45,565 nucleotides of DNA from a virus, in IMG/VR virus record IMGVR_UViG_3300029121_000010, positions 1 through 45,565 of that record; one strand, given 5' to 3'. The position numbers and the translations under genes are program-made. This document shows, piece after piece, positions 10,056 through 17,785 of this stretch (position 1 is the first letter of the stretch; every line of letters begins with the position of its first letter). The notes below the pieces were generated by a model that was not told the origin of the DNA, did no database searches, and saw only the letters and a program-made list of their open reading frames with translations.

Positions 10056-11243
10056 TTATTTGTGTTTCCAAGAAAACATACGGTCTTTTGCAGACATCCC
10101 GTTGTTTCCGGTTTTTGAGTTCACAACTTTAGCACCATTAACGTTGCCGGGGTTGTTGCTCAATGCTTTTTTGTTTTGCACTTTCTGTTTTGCTTCAGCG
10201 GCAATGGTCATGAAAGATGCAATTTTAGAATTGTCATCCCATTCTTTAATGTCCAAGCCACGCTTGTTCATTACGTGGGTAGCCAAGAACATGGCACGCT
10301 CAGAGCGTTTCATGCCTTTCAAAGAGTTTTTGACTTCTTCTTTGTCTTTGTCGTCAACTTCTTCATTGACAACGGCTTCCTCAGCTTCTTTTTGAGCGAT
10401 GAGGTCTTCGGCAATTTCTTCTTGAGCTTCTTCAGACAAAGCATTTTCAAGTTTTTCTTTGTATTCTTCAATGGAAGATTTCTTTTCTTCCAATTCAGAG
10501 TTCAAAGCGGCAACTTGTTCTTTCAAAGAAGTTACTTCTTCAACGGCCTTGTCAATGTCAGCTTGTTTTGCTTCGCTGGCTTCGTTTGCCATCTCTTGAG
10601 CCTTGTCGGCATCTTCTTTGGATGAGAATTCCATTTCTTTGTCTTTATTGCCAATTTTCATGCGAATTGTATAAGACATTTTATTTTCTCCTGTTTTTTT
10701 GTTGATAACTTTAACATCGGCCCCACATCTGCCCTCGCCTTTGTGGCAAAGCAAAATATGGTTGAAGACGATGTTTTTTTGAACATAAGAATATGGCTGG
10801 CCGTTTAGCTCGCCCTCTTCTTTTTCAAAATCAGCTCGATATCCGGCAGAAATCTCCACCAAGATGCCGCTCTTGATTTCTTCTATGGTTTGTGCGTCCA
10901 AGATTGTGAGGTCGCACAAAATGCCTTTGTCTTCAACTGTCATTTCTCCGGCAACAGAGCCTTTGGTATAGCCGTCTGTCAAGGCATTTTCAACAGTTCG
11001 CCATTCATGTTCATCAATGACTACGGGCTTACCCTCGCCGGTTTTTAACGCTTCGGGGGTGAATTCGCTTGCCGGAATAAGAACATCCACCTTGTCGCCC
11101 GGAATATTCAGGTCTTTTAGCTCACTGGCATAATAGGGATATACTCCCTCTTTTAACACCCTGGCTCTAACGGTCATAATGCCGTCATCATCAATTCGCC
11201 ATTTGTTGCCGATAGACATTCTTATTTTGTTTGAAACTTGCAT
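10056..11243 (-). CDS. prohead protease / scaffold fusion protein
   Basis: The N-terminal globular domain resembles DUF2213-type prohead proteases. The C-terminus is an acidic coiled coil (EEKKSSIEEYKEKLENALSEEAQEEIAEDLIAQKEAEE) typical of scaffolds. The likely true start is MQVSNKI at 11243, which has an AGGA RBS; the track's longer N-terminus runs through an upstream hairpin. Confidence 0.55.
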   Translation of the reverse strand: MQVSNKIRMSIGNKWRIDDDGIMTVRARVLKEGVYPYYASELKDLNIPGDKVDVLIPASEFTPEALKTGEGKPVVIDEHEWRTVENALTDGYTKGSVAGEMTVEDKGILCDLTILDAQTIEEIKSGILVEISAGYRADFEKEEGELNGQPYSYVQKNIVFNHILLCHKGEGRCGADVKVINKKTGENKMSYTIRMKIGNKDKEMEFSSKEDADKAQEMANEASEAKQADIDKAVEEVTSLKEQVAALNSELEEKKSSIEEYKEKLENALSEEAQEEIAEDLIAQKEAEEAVVNEEVDDKDKEEVKNSLKGMKRSERAMFLATHVMNKRGLDIKEWDDNSKIASFMTIAAEAKQKVQNKKALSNNPGNVNGAKVVNSKTGNNGMSAKDRMFSWKHK

Positions 11244-11277
11244 TTGTTTAATCCTTTTTTGTTTCTGGGGATAGATT

Positions 11278-11313
11278 AACACCCCAAGCCGACAGTTGTC
11301 AACAAGGGGTGTT
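11278..11313 (-). promoter_or_regulatory. stem-loop AACACCCC-N20-GGGGTGTT carrying TTGACA in its loop; candidate promoter/operator for the head operon
   Basis: Perfect 8-bp inverted repeat. The loop contains TTGTTGACAACTGTCGG, and a TAATCT sits 18 nt downstream of the TTGACA. Confidence 0.3.
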
Positions 11314-11406
11314 TTTGTGGGTTTGTGGTGGTGTTTTATCTTTGTTTGAGCCATTGCTCCAAGGTCATACCTCTTTGGGCCAGAAACTCAATAAAAGATT
11401 TCTTAA

Positions 11407-11579
11407 AATTCATTTTTCTTTCTATCTGTTAGATGATTAAATATGCCGAGACATATCAAATATGTTGCCACAGAAAAACAATGTGTCGATAGCTCCGTTT
11501 TGTCGTAGAACATAAACACAAGCCCAAAACTGGCAGCCATAATAGACATAGCAAAACTAAATATTGTACTCCAATTCAT
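11407..11579 (-). CDS. small membrane protein (57 aa)
   Basis: MNWSTIFSFAMSIMAASFGLVFMFYDKTELSTHCFSVATYLICLGIFNHLTDRKKNEF, with a GGAGAA RBS 6 nt upstream. It is not in the supplied track because it is shorter than 60 aa. Confidence 0.4.
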
Positions 11580-11581
11580 TT

Positions 11582-11833
11582 TTATTCTCCATTAAACTTA
11601 TTTTTAAGCCAATTTATAGTGCGGTCCACACGTTCAACATCCCATGTGTTTTTTCTGAGTTCTTGCAAGGAATGGATTGCCGAAGTTACCCTTATCTTAT
11701 ATAGTCTTTGGCTCAGTTCTTTGGCTTCCTCTTGCTTCTTCCTCGTGGTTATTATGGGAGCGTGCCAATGTAGCCATCGTAAAATCTTTTTAATCTTTTC
11801 TTTCATCTTGCACCTCATCTTTATTATCCTCAT
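11582..11833 (-). CDS. hypothetical basic protein
   Basis: 83-aa Lys/Arg-rich ORF in the accessory island. Confidence 0.4.
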   Translation of the reverse strand: MRIIKMRCKMKEKIKKILRWLHWHAPIITTRKKQEEAKELSQRLYKIRVTSAIHSLQELRKNTWDVERVDRTINWLKNKFNGE

Positions 11834-12194
11834 AAAAAGTTACTTCATCTCTGCGGACGGGGCGGCAATATTTGTAATACACTGCTGATTCTTTAAAAAA
11901 TTTGGGGTCTGCTTCATCTACACTTTTTAAAAAGCCAATATATTTTTTATTTTCAAAATCCCAAAACCAGCAAAGGCATTTATTTTCGATGATGTAGCCC
12001 CAATCAATAGGCTCTTGGTAGAGTTCCCAATCAGAACAATTAATATTTCTACAAAATTCAAACTTATTACCGTTATTTAAAACAGGTTCGCCAGCTTCAT
12101 TTATTTTTACGAATAATTCTTTATTATCCCAAATACGTCTTCTAATCTTAGCCCCTTTTCTGAACTCGGGCAACAGTTCTTCTAAATATGACAT
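11790..12194 (-). CDS. DUF2829-like (Thoeris anti-defence Tad2-like) protein, N-terminal domain plus extension
   Basis: The N-terminus MSYLEELLPEFRKGAKIRRRIWDNKELFVKI...CSDWELYQEP matches the remembered DUF2829 pattern (F.EAL.A.K.GKKV.R.GW.....I then ...AEDWE.V). No search was run. Confidence 0.35.
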   Translation of the reverse strand: MSYLEELLPEFRKGAKIRRRIWDNKELFVKINEAGEPVLNNGNKFEFCRNINCSDWELYQEPIDWGYIIENKCLCWFWDFENKKYIGFLKSVDEADPKFFKESAVYYKYCRPVRRDEVTFYEDNKDEVQDERKD

Positions 12195-12640
12195 TAGTCT
12201 TGCTCCTTTATGATTTTTAATGCTTGTTCAGCTAATTTCTTTGAAGTAAAATAACAATCATCTAAATACTTAACTTTTTCAAATTGGTTCTTGTTAAATA
12301 AAATATCAGAAACAATTGAATAATTACTAAATCCAGTGGACATATATACTTTATTCCCTTTTACAGCAATAATACATTTTTCTTCAGCTTGAACTATATC
12401 GTATGAGCGTATACTATCATCGCAAGAACATCTTACTTTTCTGGAGCTTCCGTCTGGCATTGTGACTGTAATCTGTCTGTTCTCATCACAAGAATTGCAT
12501 TTAGGCTTTTTCTCCCAGATTGTTGTTATACGCCAAAGTTCTTTTATTTTAAGATATTTTTTAAAATCTTCCCAATGGTCTTTTTTAATTCTCTCAAGTT
12601 CATAATCTTTCAAAATATTGTATCCAAATATTTTCATCAC
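12194..12640 (-). CDS. hypothetical zinc-ribbon protein
   Basis: 148-aa ORF with a CNSCDEN...CSCDD Cys4 motif. Confidence 0.4.
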   Translation of the reverse strand: MMKIFGYNILKDYELERIKKDHWEDFKKYLKIKELWRITTIWEKKPKCNSCDENRQITVTMPDGSSRKVRCSCDDSIRSYDIVQAEEKCIIAVKGNKVYMSTGFSNYSIVSDILFNKNQFEKVKYLDDCYFTSKKLAEQALKIIKEQD

Positions 12641-12894
12641 TTAATCTCCTTTATCTTTGCTAGGGCTTCTTGTGCCGTTTCAAATCCATTCGAAGTAAAA
12701 CACCCATTATTAACAATTTCTTGTTGGCCATATGCTATAAATTTTATAATACAATTATCCCATTTATATGGGTCGGCATAACACTCCAAAGCCTTAACAG
12801 CTATATCAAGCTTTTTCTCAAGCTGTTTATTTTCCTCAATAACTTTAAGATAGTGTTTATAAACATCGTCTGCGTTTCCTAATCCTGTCATCAT
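12637..12894 (-). CDS. hypothetical protein
   Basis: 85-aa ORF, translationally coupled to its neighbours. Confidence 0.35.
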   Translation of the reverse strand: MMTGLGNADDVYKHYLKVIEENKQLEKKLDIAVKALECYADPYKWDNCIIKFIAYGQQEIVNNGCFTSNGFETAQEALAKIKEIK

Positions 12895-13250
12895 TCCTCA
12901 CTTTCACCGATAGCCGAGTTAATTGCTCTATAAATTGCACTATCAGGGTAATCATCAAAAGAACGCTTAATAAGTTCTTTACACTCTTTCAGCAAGCCTT
13001 TAAGCCTTGCGTTTTCTTCTCTCAATTCAGATATTTTATGATCTAGGAATTTTATCTCTTGAGTAAAATTTAGATTTTTACAATATAAGCACTTTTTCAC
13101 ATGTTCCGCAATTTGAATATTCCAATCGGCATTTTTTTGACGTAAAGCGTCATTTTCTGCCCTTAAATCTTCAAGTTGCTTTGTTAGGTCGTTGAGTTGC
13201 TTTTGTTTGTTTTCAAACATTTCTCGGTAAATTTTTACAAGGCTAATCAT
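12891..13250 (-). CDS. coiled-coil protein
   Basis: Heptad-rich sequence (LNDLTKQLEDLRAENDALRQKNADW...). The likely start is MISLV at 13250, overlapping (ATGA) the stop of a small upstream membrane ORF; the track start is 13274. Confidence 0.4.
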   Translation of the reverse strand: MISLVKIYREMFENKQKQLNDLTKQLEDLRAENDALRQKNADWNIQIAEHVKKCLYCKNLNFTQEIKFLDHKISELREENARLKGLLKECKELIKRSFDDYPDSAIYRAINSAIGESEE

Positions 13251-13387
13251 TTCATGTATTCTCCCAAAAACCATAAAATTAAGCTAACCAGCAAAAGTAA
13301 GCCAAATGCGGTATATCTATCAGCATGAAGGGACGCCCAAGCCAAAGAGGAAGCTGTACCAGAAAAGAAAAATAGACATTTACTCAT
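13247..13387 (-). CDS. small membrane protein (46 aa)
   Basis: MSKCLFFFSGTASSLAWASLHADRYTAFGLLLLVSLILWFLGEYMK, with a GGAG RBS 8 nt upstream. It is not in the track. Confidence 0.35.
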   Translation of the reverse strand: MSKCLFFFSGTASSLAWASLHADRYTAFGLLLLVSLILWFLGEYMK

Positions 13388-13400
13388 CTCTTTGCTCCTT

Positions 13401-13955
13401 TTAGCACTTATAATGACATCTCAAATATTTTCCGCTTGGCAATGGAAAATAAAGGTTGCCGGAATAGTCATCACCGCATATACCGCAATGCTGGTTGCAA
13501 TACTCATGGTCAATATACTTAAATTCTTCTGGCATCTCAATTAATTCTTCTTTTTCATCAAGAGCTTCATATTCAAATTCTTGCTTGCCGCCCGAAGGCT
13601 CATCAACGATTTCATATCCATAATATTCGTAATCGTCCATTCCCCAATATCTGAAACATTCTTCTAACTCTGTTTTTAGCAAAAAATCATAAAGTTTGGC
13701 CGCAAATATTTCTTCTTCGTTTAATTTCTTTATGTGGGCCGTTCTGACCATTTTTTTGACTTTTTCATAAATATCAAAAACAGAAACCCATACAACTTCG
13801 CCATGCGTGCTTTTTTGGATTTCCAATCCCTCTTTCAAAGAATATAATCCGGCTTCGTTAAGGTCGTATGTATAACCGCTGCTATCCGGCTTATAAAACA
13901 TTGCGTATCCGTCAGAATGACTGAAAGAAACAATATATCCCTCTAAATTTGCCAT
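13401..13955 (-). CDS. hypothetical protein with C-terminal Cys-rich metal-binding motif
   Basis: 184-aa ORF ending CNQHCGICGDDYSGNLYFPLPSGKYLRCHYKC. Confidence 0.4.
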   Translation of the reverse strand: MANLEGYIVSFSHSDGYAMFYKPDSSGYTYDLNEAGLYSLKEGLEIQKSTHGEVVWVSVFDIYEKVKKMVRTAHIKKLNEEEIFAAKLYDFLLKTELEECFRYWGMDDYEYYGYEIVDEPSGGKQEFEYEALDEKEELIEMPEEFKYIDHEYCNQHCGICGDDYSGNLYFPLPSGKYLRCHYKC

Positions 13956-14428
13956 TATCTTTCTTCCTTTTCAAAATAAGAGTTTTTACCTACGGCGATG
14001 ATGGCTTTTCGTAAGCCCTCTTTTAACTCTTGGTTTTTTATCTTATTAAAAGCCGTTATCATTTCGATTGTGCCGTTGTCGGTCAATGGGTCGCTGGCAT
14101 CTGCTTGCTCTTTTTCAATTTTCAAGCCGTTAAGAGCCGCCGGGCTTTTATCGGTTTCTTCTTTGGTTAAGCCGGAAAAAAAGAAAGATACCGGCACATC
14201 CAAGATGTTGCTCATATCCCACAAGCGGCTTGCTCCGATGCGGTTCATGCCTTTTTCGTATTTTTGCACTTGCTGAAACGTAATGCCTAACATAGCGGCG
14301 AGCTTTTCTTGGCTCAAGCCTAAAAGCTTACGTCTTAACTGAATTCTGTTTCCAACATAAATATCAATCGGGTTTGCCGTTCCGTCCGGGAGACGACCTC
14401 TTAAAGTTTTTTTCATCTCTCTTGTCAT
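13955..14428 (-). CDS. XRE-family helix-turn-helix transcriptional regulator
   Basis: LRRKLLGLSQEKLAAMLGITFQQVQKYEKGMNRI is a canonical HTH_XRE motif. Confidence 0.65.
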   Translation of the reverse strand: MTREMKKTLRGRLPDGTANPIDIYVGNRIQLRRKLLGLSQEKLAAMLGITFQQVQKYEKGMNRIGASRLWDMSNILDVPVSFFFSGLTKEETDKSPAALNGLKIEKEQADASDPLTDNGTIEMITAFNKIKNQELKEGLRKAIIAVGKNSYFEKEER

Positions 14429-14429
14429 T

Positions 14430-14711
14430 TTAATCCTCCAATGCTAACATTATTTGATACATCTGAGAGGATGTTCTATCAAAAGCTAAAGTCGCCCCAT
14501 CAACCCATATTTCTCCTTTGTCTAAAAAATCAATAGATGTGCAATCGAAATATTTTGACAACATATGTCCTATTCTATTCTCTTTATAAGGAGAATATTC
14601 TGTGATTTTATATCCAAGCTCTTTAGCTTTTTCAACCAACTCTTCCCAAGTCATTTCCGGTTCAAAGGCCAAATCATCATAGCTTGGCTCAATTTGTGCT
14701 ATTTCACCCAT
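14430..14711 (-). CDS. hypothetical protein
   Basis: 93-aa ORF with a strong AAGGAGA RBS. Confidence 0.4.
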   Translation of the reverse strand: MGEIAQIEPSYDDLAFEPEMTWEELVEKAKELGYKITEYSPYKENRIGHMLSKYFDCTSIDFLDKGEIWVDGATLAFDRTSSQMYQIMLALED

Positions 14712-14726
14712 TATATTTTCTCCTTA

Positions 14727-14867
14727 TTAATGTTTGCCCGGAATTGCTTCCAGTCTTTTTTTCTTGGTGAACTTATCTTTGTTTTTTTCTTCGCTTTTCA
14801 CTTTTGCGACTTTCTGGCGAAGATTTTCAATGTCTTCGGCAAATTGCTCGATTTTGTCCTTTTTCAT
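14727..14867 (-). CDS. small basic protein (46 aa)
   Basis: MKKDKIEQFAEDIENLRQKVAKVKSEEKNKDKFTKKKRLEAIPGKH. Its ATG overlaps (ATGA) the stop of the upstream small ORF. It is not in the track. Confidence 0.3.
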   Translation of the reverse strand: MKKDKIEQFAEDIENLRQKVAKVKSEEKNKDKFTKKKRLEAIPGKH

Positions 14868-15016
14868 AGTGCCACTCTTGCAACTTGGCAGATTAAATAA
14901 AGCATGATGGCACCGCAGAACCAGAAAGTAAGCTTTTCTTCATTGGTGTATTTTGGATTTGATTTTCCTTGAGCATCAAATTGCTGGATTGTTTTCCATT
15001 GTTCATCTGTAAACAT
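14864..15016 (-). CDS. small membrane protein (50 aa)
   Basis: MFTDEQWKTIQQFDAQGKSNPKYTNEEKLTFWFCGAIMLYLICQVARVAL, with a GGAGAA RBS. It is not in the track. Confidence 0.3.
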   Translation of the reverse strand: MFTDEQWKTIQQFDAQGKSNPKYTNEEKLTFWFCGAIMLYLICQVARVAL

Positions 15017-15017
15017 A

Positions 15018-15344
15018 TTAATTCTCCAAGGTTGAAAGATAGTTGATACATTCGTTTGTTAAGGTGGTGCAATCGTTATCGTCTTGATTGTCCCAGTCTT
15101 CATCGGCAAGGGTCAAAATCTCGTATGCTTGATTTTCAGAAAGGTATTTTTTTGCTTTTTTGATTTTGGCTTGCCATTCTTCGTTTTCATCCCAATCGTA
15201 TTCCCATGTTGCATATTCAGCAGGAACTCCAAACGGATTATATTCACGATGGTAGCTTTCTAGCTCCTCTACGTTGACTTCCATTTCATCAACTTTCTTG
15301 AGAAGCTCTTTTTTTAATGCTTCATTTAATTTTTTGTATGCCAT
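15018..15344 (-). CDS. acidic early protein (possible DNA-mimic / anti-restriction candidate)
   Basis: 108-aa ORF very rich in D/E and aromatics (WEYDWDENEEWQ...DEDWDNQDDND). It is the first gene after an early-type promoter. Confidence 0.45.
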   Translation of the reverse strand: MAYKKLNEALKKELLKKVDEMEVNVEELESYHREYNPFGVPAEYATWEYDWDENEEWQAKIKKAKKYLSENQAYEILTLADEDWDNQDDNDCTTLTNECINYLSTLEN

Positions 15345-15369
15345 GTTTCATCTCCTTTATGGTCTTTAC

Positions 15370-15396
15370 GTTATAACAAATAATTGTAATATGCAA
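15370..15396 (-). promoter_or_regulatory. sigma70-like promoter (TTGCAT-15nt-TATAAC) carrying the shared ATTACAA element
   Basis: Minus-strand sequence TTGCATATTACAATTATTTGTTATAAC has the same architecture as the promoters at 24658, 30747 and 31737. Confidence 0.45.
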
Positions 15397-15412
15397 GCAC
15401 TTTTTTATAATT

Positions 15413-15445
15413 TATGCAAAAAAATGCACTCTTTTTACGGAGTGC
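15413..15445 (-). terminator. rho-independent terminator after the minor head gene
   Basis: Minus-strand hairpin GCACTCcgtaaaaaGAGTGC followed by ATTTTTTTG, about 10 nt after the stop codon at 15455. Confidence 0.55.
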
Positions 15446-15454
15446 TTGGTTTTC

Positions 15455-16351
15455 TTAGGCTACAACAAGATTTTTCTTGACGGCTTCCCAATATAAAACC
15501 GGTTCGGCAAAGCATCGGCATTGGATATCTGTTCCGGGTTCTCCCTTTGGCATTTGTGCGGTTCTTTTCCGCCATGTCTTGCCATCGGTTGAGAATACGC
15601 TTGGGTCGCTGTATTTGCAATATAAACCTTGCATGATGTAGTGGTTTCCGTGTGCATCATTGCCTTTGGGATATAATCCGCCCGGCTTTCCCACTACTCG
15701 GCCATCTCGCATGGTCTGCCAGATGTAAATGTCAACACCGAGCTTTTGCTGCCGGATTTTGTTTAATGATGAGTTTATCTTGGCCGTTTGGTCGCGTGCG
15801 ATGACTTTGGCTTGTCTGTATGTGGTTTTGAACTCTTGGCTTATTTGTTGCTGAAGCGTGCGGTTTTCCGGCATAGGTATGCCTTGGTAGTTTTCATAAA
15901 TACGCAAGGCAACCCTTTTTAGAGCTTCTTCCGGTATGGTTACAATCAAGTTGACCATATTGAGCCGCATGGCTTCCAAAGTGTCGGCAATGTCTTTGTC
16001 TTCCAAAATTGCGCTGATTTCTATGCCAAAGGCTTTGCGGAGCATGGCCATTGTTTTTTCGTAGTTGTTTTCGTCAATGGCTTTTACCCACTCTTTGCTT
16101 ATGCTGTCAGCCCTTTGTTCAATGATGGCTCGCCATCTGCGTTTGAAGTCATCCAAAAGCGCGGCGGTTTGCTCTGGGGTGTTTGTCCGGGCATCCTCTG
16201 ATATGGCGCGCAGCTCGGCATTTACTTCTCGCACAATGCGGTTAATGCTTACCCTTGCATCGTCTTCCAAGCTTTTAGGAGTTTTTATCGGGTTGCCTTT
16301 TTGGCTTTTTTTAACCTTGTCCGGCTTCTGGTTTAGCACCACTATCGACAT
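15455..16351 (-). CDS. minor head morphogenesis protein (Mu gpF / SPP1 gp7-like)
   Basis: 298-aa ORF immediately after the portal gene, with a conserved C-terminal region (GNHYIMQGLY...GEPGTDIQCRC). Confidence 0.55.
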   Translation of the reverse strand: MSIVVLNQKPDKVKKSQKGNPIKTPKSLEDDARVSINRIVREVNAELRAISEDARTNTPEQTAALLDDFKRRWRAIIEQRADSISKEWVKAIDENNYEKTMAMLRKAFGIEISAILEDKDIADTLEAMRLNMVNLIVTIPEEALKRVALRIYENYQGIPMPENRTLQQQISQEFKTTYRQAKVIARDQTAKINSSLNKIRQQKLGVDIYIWQTMRDGRVVGKPGGLYPKGNDAHGNHYIMQGLYCKYSDPSVFSTDGKTWRKRTAQMPKGEPGTDIQCRCFAEPVLYWEAVKKNLVVA

Positions 16352-17774
16352 TTGGCTTTGCTCCTATGGTATCAATTACTCGGTCGGTTTCATCTCGCAA
16401 GCTGGGAATGTCCGAGCCGTCAATCAATTCTTCTCGATCTTCGTCATATTCTTCCACATCAAGCTCAATATCAAGAATTTTCTTGCTATTGATTTCTTCA
16501 GCATATTGCTTGTCGCTGATGATGCCGTCTTCTTTGAATTGGCGGAGAATGTCGGCTCTGGTCTTGTCAACAGTTGCTTGGTCCATTTTGTTAATGTTCC
16601 AAAGCGGCTCAAACTCAATCTCTAAGTTTTGCGATTTTTCTTTCCAGACGTTAAAGCCCCAAATGCACGAGCCGATAATATCAAGCATCTTGCGATATTT
16701 TGGCTCCAAGCGTGTGGTTTGGTAGCTGTCAATGTTGTTGTAATAGTTTTCAAGGTCGCTTTCTCCGGTGGAGTTTAAGCCTGACGGACTATCGCCTAAG
16801 AAACGAGTTGCCGGAATATCGGAGCCGGCCGCAAGGATTTGTAGGTATGTGTTCAAAAGCTCCGGAACGCTGCCAAATGTTGCAGAGTGTTGAGCTATCT
16901 CTGTTCCTTTGCCGTCTATAACCGCTCCACGGTATATGCTCAGTTGCTCGGCAATCTTATCAAGCATGTTCAGGGCTGCATTGCCTTGCTTGGTGGCTTG
17001 CAGGTCAATAAATCGTTCACATTTGACCAAGAGAACTGATGCGAGGTTCACAAGGTGATATGCTCCCTCTTGCGTTCCGGTTGCTCGAACAAGGCTGTCA
17101 TATACTCTGGACAATATGCTCTCGCCAAAGCCTGCCGGATTGTAGCGGAAGTTTTGCATAAGGTTCATGGATGTGTGATTAAACAATGGGTCGCCGTCAA
17201 AGACAATCAATCGGCTGACGTGGGTCTTGATGCCGTTTATCATGTAATATTTCGGCTTGTCATATTCCGGGCTGAATACGTCTGTTTCATATTCGCACTT
17301 GGTTATCTTTTCGGTCGTAATGACGTTTAAGAACGTGATGCCGCCTTGTTTTAGTCTTTTAAGGTCAAGAACTTCTTCCGGGTCGTCTTTCTCATCTTTT
17401 ACACCAACGATAATGACACAACCGCCAAGCAATCGCTCAATGGTGGCGGCTCGCTTGAAGTTGTTGTTAACATCAAGATATTTCATGTACTTTTCAATGG
17501 CTTCAATGTCCGGTTGTTCTAGTCCGGTAATCTTTACCGGAATGCGGAATGCATCTTGAACAGGAATATCCACAATTTTTCCGGCTTCCCAACTCGTATT
17601 GTACCAACGCACCCACTCTTGCCAACGGCTATAAAAGTCGTTTCTAAAATATGGGTTGCGTGAGTATATAGCCGCTGTTTGCTGGCTTCCACGGTCTTGT
17701 GTGGTGTTTGCACCGGCTCCGGTTAGAATGGTATTAACAACTTTTTGCGATTTGTTTTTGTTTCTTCGTGTCAT
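16311..17774 (-). CDS. portal protein
   Basis: 487-aa ORF directly downstream of the terminase large subunit, with a size and acidic C-terminus typical of DUF935/Mu gp29-like portals. Confidence 0.65.
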   Translation of the reverse strand: MTRRNKNKSQKVVNTILTGAGANTTQDRGSQQTAAIYSRNPYFRNDFYSRWQEWVRWYNTSWEAGKIVDIPVQDAFRIPVKITGLEQPDIEAIEKYMKYLDVNNNFKRAATIERLLGGCVIIVGVKDEKDDPEEVLDLKRLKQGGITFLNVITTEKITKCEYETDVFSPEYDKPKYYMINGIKTHVSRLIVFDGDPLFNHTSMNLMQNFRYNPAGFGESILSRVYDSLVRATGTQEGAYHLVNLASVLLVKCERFIDLQATKQGNAALNMLDKIAEQLSIYRGAVIDGKGTEIAQHSATFGSVPELLNTYLQILAAGSDIPATRFLGDSPSGLNSTGESDLENYYNNIDSYQTTRLEPKYRKMLDIIGSCIWGFNVWKEKSQNLEIEFEPLWNINKMDQATVDKTRADILRQFKEDGIISDKQYAEEINSKKILDIELDVEEYDEDREELIDGSDIPSLRDETDRVIDTIGAKPNVDSGAKPEAGQG

Positions 17775-17785
17775 TGGTGTTTCCT

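Noticed and set aside
10176-10625. 149-aa plus-strand ORF antisense to the scaffold gene
   Set aside because: Phe-rich junk translation (FFFVFVVNFF...) of the antisense of an acidic coiled-coil gene.
16065-16725. Plus-strand ORFs of 186 and 119 aa antisense to the portal and minor-head genes
   Set aside because: Ser/Leu-rich, low-complexity, lacking RBS, and embedded in well-supported genes.
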